From positions 7,136,196-7,163,131 of the forward strand of contig NC_057720.1 of the NCBI RefSeq assembly GCF_004010195.1: a DNA stretch of 26,936 nucleotides, written 5' to 3'. The first letter of the stretch is position 1; every line of letters begins with the position of its first letter. Source of the DNA: Chiloscyllium plagiosum (taxonomy: Eukaryota). The position numbers and the translations under genes are program-made. The notes beneath the pieces were generated by a model. The model was not told the DNA's origin, searched no databases, and worked only from the letters and a program-made list of their open reading frames with translations. Positions 10,778 to 20,530 of this stretch are shown here, one piece after another.

Positions 10778-11389
10778 GACTCCACTGTGCCTGGGCAGAT
10801 TGTAGTCATAGTGCTGACATTTAAAGTAACTTGAAGAATTAAAATGAAGGAAGAGGGGTAGAAATAATCTCCTCACACAGTGGATGGTCACAATGCAAAA
10901 TTCTCTCCCACAACCTGTTGCTGAAGCAGAGTGCATTACGTCTTTGGAAAGGGATTTATGAATGCTTATTTGAAAGAAAGTATTAATGTTTATGGGGAGT
11001 GATGAGCAGAGTAAGGTTGGACAAGGTGATTGAGGAAAGACTTGCTGGGCCACACAAACTCTGAGAGAAATTTTCCCATTCTGGATCCCACTCAGAAGGA
11101 ACAGGCGAAATTTTAAAAAACAAGCTTCATGAAAGGTGTAGAAAAAGAATTAATATTCACTTCAGGGTTGCTAATAGTCTGTTTAATGTGCTTTTTAAAA
11201 TTTTCTTTCACAACAAAGGGTGCTAGTCCATTTAATTTGAAATAACAGGGTTGTGTGTGAACATGTTAACGTACTTGTTAAAAGCACTGTAGCATTATTG
11301 ACTGATGAATCAAGGGGGTCAGTGGTCATTTACAAAAAAGACTGAGGATGGTTTCAATAGAACTCTAAATGGCATAACCCTTTGAAGCA

Positions 11390-12035
11390 TTAACATGCAG
11401 AGAGGGTACAGGTCCATGGTTACCTGAAAGTGGCACCACAGGTAGGTAAGATGATCAAGAAGGTTTCTAGCATGTGTGCCTTCTTTGTGTATAAAAATTA
11501 GCAAGTCATGTTGCAGCTGTGTAGACCACATTTGGAATATTGTGTACAGTAGTTCTCACACTACCAGAAGGATGTGGAGGCTGTGGAGAAACGTTTTACC
11601 AGGATGTTTCCTGGTTTGGAAGCTATTAGCTATGAGGAGAGATTGGACAAACTTAGCTTGTTTTCACTTGAATGTGGGAGGCTGAGGGAGTGACCTGATT
11701 GAAGTTTACAAAATGACGAGAGTCACAGTTAGAATGGATCATCTGAGTTTTTTTTACCCAGGGTAGATATGTCAATTACCAGTGGGATAGGTTTAAAGTA
11801 AAAGGGGATAAGTTTAAAGGAGATGTGAGAGGCAATTTTTTTTATACAGAGGGTGGTAAGTGACTGGAATGCATTGCCAGTGGAGATGGTGGAGATAGAT
11901 ACAATAGCAACATTTAAGGAAAATCTTGACAGATATCTGACGAGGCAGGAATTAGAGGATTATGGCTAGTGTAGAGGCAGAAGAGTTTTAATGGAGAAAG
12001 GCACAGGGTTGGTGGGCCAAAGGGATTGCTTTCGT
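11390..12035 (+). mobile_element. CR1-type LINE ORF2 3' fragment, degenerate
   Basis: agaccacatttggaatattgtgtacag (RPHLEYCVQ motif), followed by the same 3' region as the minus-strand copy at 21893-22903. Confidence 0.75.
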
Positions 12036-12302
12036 GCAAATGTCATTTAATGAGATGTGGTGGGCATCTCTGGAAGAGTCAGCACCCATCAGTAACTGAA
12101 CTGCATCGCTTGCTCAGGCATTGCGGAGGGCAGTTCATCATCAATAACATCAAGCAGGAATCATATGTAGGCCAGATTATATTGCCTTCCCTTAGTTTTA
12201 TTGTCATCCTTAGCAAGATTAGTTTTCAATTCCAGAAATATTCATCTACGTTCCACCCATTACCATAGTGAGATTCATATCCATAGTATCATTTGAGCAT
12301 TA

Positions 12303-12645
12303 GCCTGTGGGATGGTTCAGTGGTTCGATTCCAGCCTTGGGCAACTGTCTGTGTGGAGTTTACACATTCTTCCCGTGTCTGTGTGGAGTTTACACATTCT
12401 CCCCGTGTCTGTGTGGGTTTCATCCAAGTGCTCTGGTTTCCTTCAAAGATGTGCAGATTAGAGTGGATTGGCCATGGGAAATGGCTCATGGTGTCCAAGG
12501 ATGTGCAGGCGAGGGAGGTTAGCCATGGCAACTGAAGGGGTTTAGAAAAAGGGCAGGGCTCTGGGTCTCAGTGGGATGCTCTTCGAAAGGTCGGTGTGGA
12601 TAATGGGCAGAATGGCCTGCTTTTACGTTGCAGGGATCCTATAAT
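12303..12645 (+). mobile_element. HE1-type SINE with an internal 30-bp tandem duplication
   Basis: tgtctgtgtggagtttacacattct(t/c)cccg repeated twice at 12346-12405. Confidence 0.75.
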
Positions 12646-12739
12646 TCCCATGGTGCTAGAGACTCCCTTATTGGTAGGGATACTCCTTCAGTCCATAAAA
12701 TAGGAATGCAAATTAATTAAAGTTGACTTCTACACGTGA

Positions 12740-13070
12740 GACAACAGGAGCAGAAGCCCATTGAGTCAGCTCTGATATTCAATGAGACCATGGTTGATCT
12801 GATAACCCCCGCATCCACTTTCCTGTCTTTTCCCCATCACCCTTGATTCCCTCACTGATTAAAAATCTGTCAGTCTCAGCCTTGGACATATTTACCCAGC
12901 CTGTGCAGTAAAGTGTTCCACAGACCAATGAACCTCAGACAAGGAATTCCTCCTTATCTCTTTATTAAATACGTGATCTCACATTCTGAGATTGTGGCCT
13001 CTGTCCGAGAGTATCACGTAAGGGGAAATAACCTCTCTGCATCTTCCCTCTCAAGACCTCTCAGAATCTG
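12740..13070 (-). mobile_element. CR1-type LINE 3' fragment
   Basis: caggagcagaagcccattgag...ccccatcacccttgattccctcactgattaaaaatctg, the reverse complement of a CR1 3' UTR. Confidence 0.65.
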
Positions 13071-13075
13071 GAATA

Positions 13076-13249
13076 CAGAACAACCTCGATTATCCAAACA
13101 TCAATTATCCAAATTTAGGATTATACGAACGAGCTCTCAAGGTCACGTAAACACGCTATGCATTATCAGAACAATCCGTTATCCAAACTCTCAGTTATCC
13201 GAACAAAATACTCCCCGTCTGTCTTGTTTTGATAATCAAGGTTGTCCTG
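13076..13249. mobile_element. Tc1/mariner-pogo (Tigger-like) MITE, 174 bp
   Basis: TIRs CAGAACAACCTCGATTATC and GATAATCAAGGTTGTCCTG, TA duplication at 13074-13075 and 13250-13251, internal repeated ttatcc(a/g)aa motifs. Confidence 0.8.
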
Positions 13250-13399
13250 TATTTGTACGGCTATTAGGGTCATGTGCCCACAGCAAGAAAGCAGAAATGT
13301 CCTAACATTCTGACTGACTGCCCCCCTAGACATTAAAAACTTGAAGATCACATGGTCAGTTGCAACATCCATTAATTATTTCATCCATGCAATAGTATT

Positions 13400-13560
13400 C
13401 AGGGTTTTGAGAAAGTGGACTGATCTATTGAAGTTCCTTGAGGAAGTAACGTATTGTGGATGAAGGCAACCTGGTGAGTGAACTGTATTTAGATTTCCAG
13501 AAGGTCTTTGATAAGGTAATTGCAGGAAGTAAAAGCTCATGGTTTTCAGAGGGTTGGTGT
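13400..13560 (+). mobile_element. CR1-type reverse transcriptase fragment
   Basis: gtatttagatttccagaaggtctttgataaggt translates YLDFQKVFDKV, matching the CR1 RT motif YLDFxKAFDKV. Confidence 0.65.
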
Positions 13561-13785
13561 AGTCTTGATGGGCTGAATCTTTCTGCACTGTCGTGATTTG
13601 ATTCCTCACCTCTTCATGTATCTAGCAAGCTCACTTCCTCTGTAAATCCAGGGCCTGAACATGATGGGTGCCATTGAACATAACCTACCAACAAAGGATT
13701 GCCCATTCTGATTCTGCCACAATTTATACTGAGTACTTTCCAACCGTTCATATACAACAGAGACAATGAGGTAAAGCACGCTTAC

Positions 13786-14085
13786 CACGAGTGCCTTTAG
13801 GACATGGGCGCTCCACCAAGAGTCCTTGCTGGGTCTGAGGCCAGCCTATTTCCCGGGCATGTGTCGCCCCACAGAATCTCTCCGGGACTGGGAGGAAACT
13901 GGACACTGTCGGCGTTTTCGTCCCGACATCGGGGAGCCCCAGTTTGGGCCCACGGCTGCCCTCCTTGGTGCCCACTGCCAGAGTGGTAGTGGTGGGTGCT
14001 CTCTCCATGGTCGTCGAGGTTGTGGTTGCCAGCGTGGTCTTCATGCCAGTAGTCACCAAGGATGTGGTCTCGATGGTGGTAGGTT
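13786..14085 (-). CDS. ADGRL2: Latrophilin-2 (adhesion GPCR L2) internal exon: Ser/Thr/Pro-rich linker plus first half of the HormR domain (300 nt, phase 1-1)
   Basis: Minus strand tcttgcag|AACCTACC ... ACTCGTG|gtaagc. Translates EPTTIETTSLVTT...PVPERFCGATHAREIGWPQTQQGLLVERPCPKGTRG, matching the latrophilin motif PERFC...WPQTQxGxxVERPCPKGTRG. Confidence 0.93.
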
Positions 14086-14219
14086 CTGCAAGACAAGTCA
14101 ACACAGTGAGACCAAACGTGCTTCTCCACACCTTGTATGCGTGGATCTAGGGAGGAAAAAATGCAGAAACTAGAGCAGGCTATTGAGCACCATTCAGTTA
14201 GCGCTTACTGTTAATTGGA

Positions 14220-15180
14220 TAAAGGTCATAGAATAGGAGGCCATTCAGTCTACTATAACTGTGCTAACTCTCAGCAAGAAATATCAGCTGCTTCCATTCC
14301 CCTCCCCATCCTCTGTCACTGTGAATTTCTTCACCCCCCACCCCCCCCCCAACCCCTTTTTCTGGTGCTTAATCAATTCACTTTGGACAACCGCAATTGG
14401 ATCTGCCTCCACCATGCTTCCTGGCAGCAGATTCCTGAGGGTAATCACTCAGAAATTTTCTCCTCCTGTGGCTGTTTGTTCTTTTGCTAATCGCGTTCCA
14501 AAGTTCTTTCATTGGTGACCCTTCTGTCACTGGGCACTGTCTACCCTGTCACTGGGCACACTCTACCCTGTCACTGGGGACAGTCTACCCTGTCACTGGG
14601 CACACTGTACCCTGTCACTGGGCACACTGTACCCTGTCACTGGGCACTGTCTACCCTGTCACTGGGGACAGTCTACCCTGTCACTGGGCACACTGTATCC
14701 TGTCACTGGGCACTGTCTACCCTGTAACTGGGGACAGTCTACCTTGCCTGGAATCCTCACGAATTTGAACGCCTCAACGAAATCTCCTATCAACTTTCTC
14801 TTCTCCACTGGGAACAGTCCCAATCCTCTTGAATCTGTCATGCAGCTGAAGTTCCCATTTTCTACAGTTATTTTCTGTATATCCCCTCCAAATCTTGCAG
14901 ACAACTTCATAATGAGTGGTGTCCGGAATCAGACACAATGCTCCAGCGAAGTCTGAGGCATACCAACCTTCTACAAATGTTCATCTAATTTTCCAAGGCT
15001 CTATTTATTCAGCCCAGTTCACTGTACATCTTTTTAACTCCTTCTTCAACTGTGCTGCCCGCTTCAGTGATTTGCAAGTCTCAGATCTCTAGGCCCCTTC
15101 ATTTCCTCTTGAACTGTTCCCTTTAGTTTATACTACGTCCTCTCATTTCCTCCCAGCACAGTTCATCTGCCTAGGGTCCA
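14220..15180 (-). mobile_element. Degenerate CR1-type LINE hosting a minisatellite
   Basis: gtcatagaataggaggccattcag tail. ORF 14659-14910 contains LGLFPVEKRKLIGDFVEAFKF, like CR1 LGLFSLEKRRLRGDLIEVFK. Confidence 0.6.
14524..14743. repeat. 22-bp minisatellite, 10 units
   Basis: Consensus ctgtcactggg(cactgtc/gacagtc/cacactg)tacc. Confidence 0.95.
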
Positions 15181-15219
15181 AATACTTTTGCTTAACAAAA
15201 ATACGATGAATCTTTGGAT

Positions 15220-15710
15220 CAGAAGTAGGCCATTAAGGCCATCAAATCTGGTCTGCTACTCCATGAGATCATGGTTAATCTGATAAATCTCAACTCCACT
15301 TCCCAGCCTTTTCCCCATGACCCTTGACTCCCTCCTTGGTTACAAATCTGGCTACCTCAGCTTGAATACTTAACAACCCAGTCTTGACCATGAGACCCAG
15401 GAGCAAAATTCAGCCATTCGGCCCATTGAGTCTGCTCTACCATTTGACAGCTGTCCATTGTAAAGAATTTCACAGATTCGCTACCCTCTCAGGGAAGAGA
15501 TTCCTCCTCATCACTATTCCAAATGGGCAACCCATTACTCTGTGATGATGCCTCGTCCTCAACAGCCCCTCAAGCAATCTGTCCCAACTACTCTGTCAAG
15601 CTCCCTAAGAATCTTGCATCTTTCAGTAAGTTCTGAACTCTGATGATTACAGGCCCAACTTACTCAATCCCCTCCTCAGAAGACAGTCCCTCCACACCCA
15701 GGATCAATAT
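15220..15710 (-). mobile_element. CR1-type LINE 3' fragments, one nested
   Basis: cagaagtaggccatt...ccccatgacccttgactccc. A second tail caggagcaaaattcagccattcggccc starts near 15398. Confidence 0.6.
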
Positions 15711-15785
15711 GTAACAATTTCAGCTTTGAGATTTCAAATGACTAGTGCCCTTAGCCATACCAGACTCCACAGCTATTTTGGAGGG

Positions 15786-15910
15786 AGACAGTGAGGTCTG
15801 CAGATGCTGGAGAACAGAGTTGAGAGTGTGTTGCCGGAAAAGCGCAGCAGGTCAGGCAGCATCCGAGGAGCAGGAAAATCGACGTTTCGGGCATAAGCCC
15901 TTCATCAGGA
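15786..15910 (-). mobile_element. 125-bp Penelope-terminus insert with an intact hammerhead-like core; 11-bp TSD
   Basis: attttggaggg at 15775-15785 and 15911-15921. Minus strand CTGATGAAGGGCTTATGCCCGAAACGTC at 15908-15881. Confidence 0.8.
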
Positions 15911-16019
15911 ATTTTGGAGGGTCAAGTGTTTAAGAATATACACCAATTCTTCCCATGAAGAGGTGTATCCTTACATCACTGCTGAATGCAGTTTTACAAA
16001 CATGCAAGAAAAAGCGTGA

Positions 16020-16805
16020 AGTAGGCAGCATTTATTGCCCATCCCTAATTGTCCAGAGGGCAGTTTAGAGTTAACCACATTGCTGTGGGTCTGGAGTCAC
16101 ATGTAGGCCAGACCAGGTAAAGATGACAGACTTCCTTCCTGATAGGACATTAGTGAACCAGGTGAGTTTTTGCAATATTCAACAATGATTCATGGTCATC
16201 ATCAGACTCTTAATTCCAGATTTTTGTTGAATTTAAAACTCCACCATGGTGGGATTTGCACCCAGCGCCCACACACCCTCCCTCACCTCTATCCAAGGCC
16301 CTAAAGGAGCCTTCCACATCCATCAAGGTTTTACCTGCACATCCACTAATATCATTTATTGTATCCGTTGCTCCTGATGCGGTCTCCTCTACATTGGGGA
16401 GACTGGGCGCCTCCTAGCAGACCGCTTTAGGGAACATCTCCGGGACATCCGCACCAATCAACCACATCACCCTGTGGCCCAACATTTCAACTCCCCCTCC
16501 CACTCTGCCGAGGACATGGAGGTCCTGGGCCTCCTTCACCGCCACTCCCTCAATACCAGACGCCTGGAAGAAGAACGCCTCATGCTACTTTCTCCCACCC
16601 CCACCCTCCTCTAGCTTATCTCTCCACGCTTCAGGCTCTCTGCCTTTATTCCTGATGAAGGGCTTTTGCCCGAAACGTCGATTTCGCTGTTCCTTGGATG
16701 CTGCCTGACCTGCTGAGCTCTTCCAGCACCACTAATCCAGAATCTGATTTCCAGCATCTGCAGTCATTGTTTTTACTAGGTCCCCAGGATCTACCCTGGA
16801 ATTCC
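16020..16805 (-). mobile_element. SacSINE1-like SINE split by a Penelope insertion
   Basis: 16020-16265 matches 1590-2250. It resumes at about 16778 (aggtccccagga). Confidence 0.65.
16266..16777 (+). mobile_element. Penelope-like element 3' part: GIY-YIG endonuclease pseudo-ORF plus terminus
   Basis: Hand translation from 16267: ...FTCTSTNIIYCIRCS*CGLLYIGETGRLLADRFREHLRDIR...PVAQHFNSPSHS...RRLEEERL. One TGA at 16375-16377. Hammerhead-like core at 16652-16679. Confidence 0.88.
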
Positions 16806-17824
16806 AAAGACTCTCAACCCTCTGAGAGAGAAAAAAAAAAATTCATCATTGTTTTAGATTTTTAAATGATGATCCCCTAGAGCTAGATCCTCCCACACAT
16901 AACCCTCTTGTTCTGGACTCCCCCTTTCCAGTAAACAGCCTCTTTCTTCTCACCCTCAAATCTGTTAATTGTCTTAAACATCTCAATTAGACCAGTCCTT
17001 CATTTCCTACATTCAAGGGAATATTAGGCCTGTCTGTACAAGTTAACTCATAAACATATATATTAAAAGAAAAGTATTCAACAAGTAAATATTATTTGCT
17101 TTTAACAGCAAAGGGATTATGACTCATATTCGGCTTAAATGTGATTGAAGGCCTTTCTACTTGTAGTCACTACACACATTGAGTGTGGATCAAAACAGTC
17201 ATTACACTTCTGCCAGCAATAAGCAATGTGAAAATTAAAGAATGCGTGGCTGGGAAATGTACAGTACTTGAGAAGCTTTCAATTTACATCATGTTTCAGT
17301 AACTTAACGCCGAGCCTTCCAGAAAAATAATTAATGTAACATCTTGCACCCACCCCCCTGCAGTCAAGAGTTGGTGAGCAAAGCTGATTAAATTTTCAAA
17401 GAACCCTTCTCATATTCTCACAGTCGGAGAATTCCCTGGCTTTCTAGCGAATCCCCCTTGAAGTGCAAGGCTGTCGAATGATTCCGATCGCAGCAACACG
17501 ATATAATCGAAGACCCATCGAAAAGTAGCCTGGGTGTGTTGTCGATAGGTGTGCTGATAATCTCAGCTTGCTGCATCCTCTAATAAATACCGGGCAGCTT
17601 TGCAAATATGTTCTGCCACATGAGACCATCACAGCAATTGTCATCCAGATTTTCAGCAGAAGAATTTTTTTTTACCCCCTTTCATTTATTTACTCAGATG
17701 TTCCCAGCAGACAGCACCAATGTGAATTCTCTTGACCCACCTCACCCTATCAAAATACCCTGATATTTCTTTCTCCTGCCTCTGTTTATTTGGTTACTCC
17801 TTAAATCTGTCAACTACATTACTG

Positions 17825-18350
17825 CAAGAGGTGATGGCCTAGTGGCATTATTACTAAACGAGGTAATGTCTTGGGGATAGCAGGTTCAAGTCCTGCTATG
17901 CCAAATATTGGCATTAATGCAACTGTGGAATGGAACAGTCTAATGGTAAACACTGTCAGGGGAAAACCCATCTGGTTTTTAAAGTAATGTTAGAAAAGGA
18001 AATCTACTGTCCACACACAAAGGGCAATAGACACTTGGAAATCTCTTCGACAAACAGCAGGTGAAAGAGGATCAGTTGCTAACTTTAAGTCTGAGATAAA
18101 TAAATGCTTTGTTGAGCAAAAGTATGAAGGGATATGGGGCAAAGGCAAGTATATGGAGTTCAGTCACAGATCAGCCCTGATCTCATTGAATGATGGAACG
18201 GATTTGAGGGGCTGAGTGGCCTCCTACTATTCCTATGTTGTCCTTACCAGGGACTGCAAAGCAATGTGTTTGCCTATTAACTACAGTCTGACCACAACGG
18301 CTGAGCTGACCAGCGATGCTCACCCATGTCAGATGAATACATTTCAAAAG
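17825..18350 (+). mobile_element. SacSINE1-like SINE with a nested CR1 3' end (about 18040-18238)
   Basis: SINE head gtgatggcctagtggc...ggttcaagtcc. The body breaks after ctactgtcc and resumes at tgtccttacc. Confidence 0.6.
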
Positions 18351-18487
18351 GATAATCTTATCTACACTCTGTGGTAATGAATGTCACATCCTCATGGATT
18401 TGTGAATGGATTTATTAGTGACTAACTTTGATTTGTGTCGCTGAGTTTAGATTTCTCCGTAAGATGTCTTTATACCTTTTTCATAAA

Positions 18488-18618
18488 GGCAAAACACTGC
18501 AGATGTCGGAGATCTGAAATAAAACAAGAAGTTGCTGGAGAAACTCAGCAGATCCGGTAGCATCTGGGGAGAGAGAAACAGAGTTAACGTTTGTTGTCCA
18601 CTATGAGTGCTCCTCAAG
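18488..18618 (-). mobile_element. Diverged Penelope-like terminal fragment
   Basis: ctgcagatg...gctggagaaactcagcag...agcatctg...gagttaacgttt. Confidence 0.6.
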
Positions 18619-18934
18619 GGGATGAAATGTCTTTCAACATGTTTATGATTTTGCAGCATTCTGTTGGGTCACCCAATATTCGGCTTCACCTAATTTCTTT
18701 TCCAGAGTAGTTGTAACTTCTATTTTACAATCCTCCTTTGCCTCTTTTTCCCAATGCTTCTGTAACACCTCTTTTGTTATGTGGAGATCAGGGTGACACA
18801 CAGTACTCTGTGTGTGGACTCAAGGTTTAATACACTTTTAACACAAACTTTCTCTGACTTTATTCCTCTCGAGAAGTGCACCTGCGTGTGCTTTGCATTT
18901 CGTATGGCTTTGATGTGATAACACAGGATCTTAT

Positions 18935-19225
18935 TCAAAGACATACAGTGTGGAAACAGGCCATTCGACTCATCGAGTCCATGCCTGCCCTCCAAGCAGC
19001 ATCTTGCTCAATCCCTGTAACCCTGCATTTCATTTCCCATGGCTAATCCACCTCGCCTGTACATCTTTAGATTGTGGGAGGAAACCGGAGTACCTGGAGG
19101 TAAACCCATGCAGACACGGGGAGAACGCACAAACTCCACACAGACAGTCACCTGAGGATGGAATCAAACCCAGGTCTTTGGCACTGTGAGGCAGCAGTAC
19201 TAACCACTGAGCCACTGTGCCACTC
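18935..19225 (-). mobile_element. HE1-type SINE
   Basis: Reverse complement of the 9864-10225 family (gtgaggcagcagtactaaccactgagccac). Confidence 0.8.
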
Positions 19226-20002
19226 CTCTCAAGCTGTGTTGCTATATTTAATGATATACCTATTTGAATCTCTGTGATCTGCCACTTTCACATTTCATAA
19301 CTCTAATTTATAGTTCGGACAACTGACATTAGTGCCCGGACTGGCAGACCCATAGGTTGTGGGTGAGAGACAGAAGACCTATGGACACTGTTAAGTGCGG
19401 TCATCAGAGACAGAGAGAGAAAACCACTCCATTAGCTGCACTTACGCGGTGCAAGTATTTTTCAGCGAAGAGGGATTTCAATTGCTCAAAGGGTCTACAA
19501 ATTTGGCACTTGGTCAACACTAGGTTATCGCTGTGTCCTCAAGAACAGATTTCTTCCCTGTCCACTTATCCACCAGATGGTTCCACTACAATCTTTATAA
19601 ATGACCACACTTCAGGACTAGGTGGAGTTCTGTATCTTTAGGAATGCCTTAGAAGTGTGCGTCAGGATGTGTTAAGAGTTCACCACTGATAGGAATACCA
19701 AACAGTAGAACAACTAGATTACTTTTCTCAGAGAACAGAAGATTGAGCAGGCATTAGAATTATGAAGTGCTTTGATAAAAGTACTTCCACAGGGAAAGAG
19801 TGAATGACGAAAAACTGTTAATTGTATATTAATTGAGTGTTGAATGTTTTACAACTATGGGCATTGACAGAACATTTACTTGTGCACTGACATACAAATG
19901 CTGACTGATACCCTGGTGGTTTGAACATAGAGCTGCCTGCCTGTAATATCTACCTCTGGAAATAAAAGCTTTTAAAGAGTGGCAAGATTAACTCATTGTA
20001 TG

Positions 20003-20309
20003 CCTAATTCCTCACCTCAGTTTGCACCTGTATCCACACTCCATTCAGTGCCTGTGTCCTCACTTCACCCTGTGCCTATATCCTCATCTCATTGTGGACA
20101 TATTTCTTCAACTCATACTATGCCTGTACTCATACCCCATTCTCCACCTGTATCCACGCCTTATTCCTTGCTTGTTTCCTCACCTCATCCTCCACCTGTA
20201 TGCACACTGCAGTCTTTTGCCTGTATCCTCACCCCATTCTACATCTGTTTCCACACCTATTTCCCTAGTTCATTCTACCTTATCCTGTGCTTGTTTCCAC
20301 ACCTCTTTC
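20003..20309. repeat. Degenerate 24-bp-period pyrimidine-rich tandem repeat, about 12-13 units
   Basis: Units resemble cctgtatcc(a/t)caccccattct(c/g)ca, recurring every 24 nt. Confidence 0.75.
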
Positions 20310-20314
20310 TAAGC

Positions 20315-20530
20315 ATGTGGCATGACTTCAATTGGCTCCACTACTGGTTTGTAATATAGATTGACACCAACAATGTGGTTTCAATTCCCACAATGCTGAG
20401 GTTACCATGAAGATCCTTCCTTCTCAACACTTTCCCTCCCCTGATGTGACTCTCCAGTTAAACACCCCCAAGTTATCTCTGTCTCACAAGTGAGCAGCCC
20501 TGTGATCCAGTAGGACTATGAGAACTTTAC
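20315..20530 (+). mobile_element. Third tRNA-derived SINE family copy
   Basis: ggtttcaattccc...ctgaggttaccatgaag...ggactatgagaactttac. Confidence 0.6.

Noticed and set aside
10563..10782. Classical DNA-transposon MITE or rho-independent terminator interpretation of the fold-backs
   Set aside because: The arms are asymmetric relative to the insert ends, flanking duplications vary from 11 to 19 bp, and the sequence matches the terminus of a GIY-YIG retroelement in this window.
13797..14173. Overlapping ORFs (His-rich minus frame, Val-rich and other plus frames) as independent genes
   Set aside because: They are explained by Thr-codon (ACC) richness of the real exon read in other frames. The His-rich frame is kept only as the consequence of a possible alternative acceptor.
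14524..14743. CRISPR-like array
   Set aside because: The units are contiguous with no unique spacers, there are no cas genes, and the context is a vertebrate intron.
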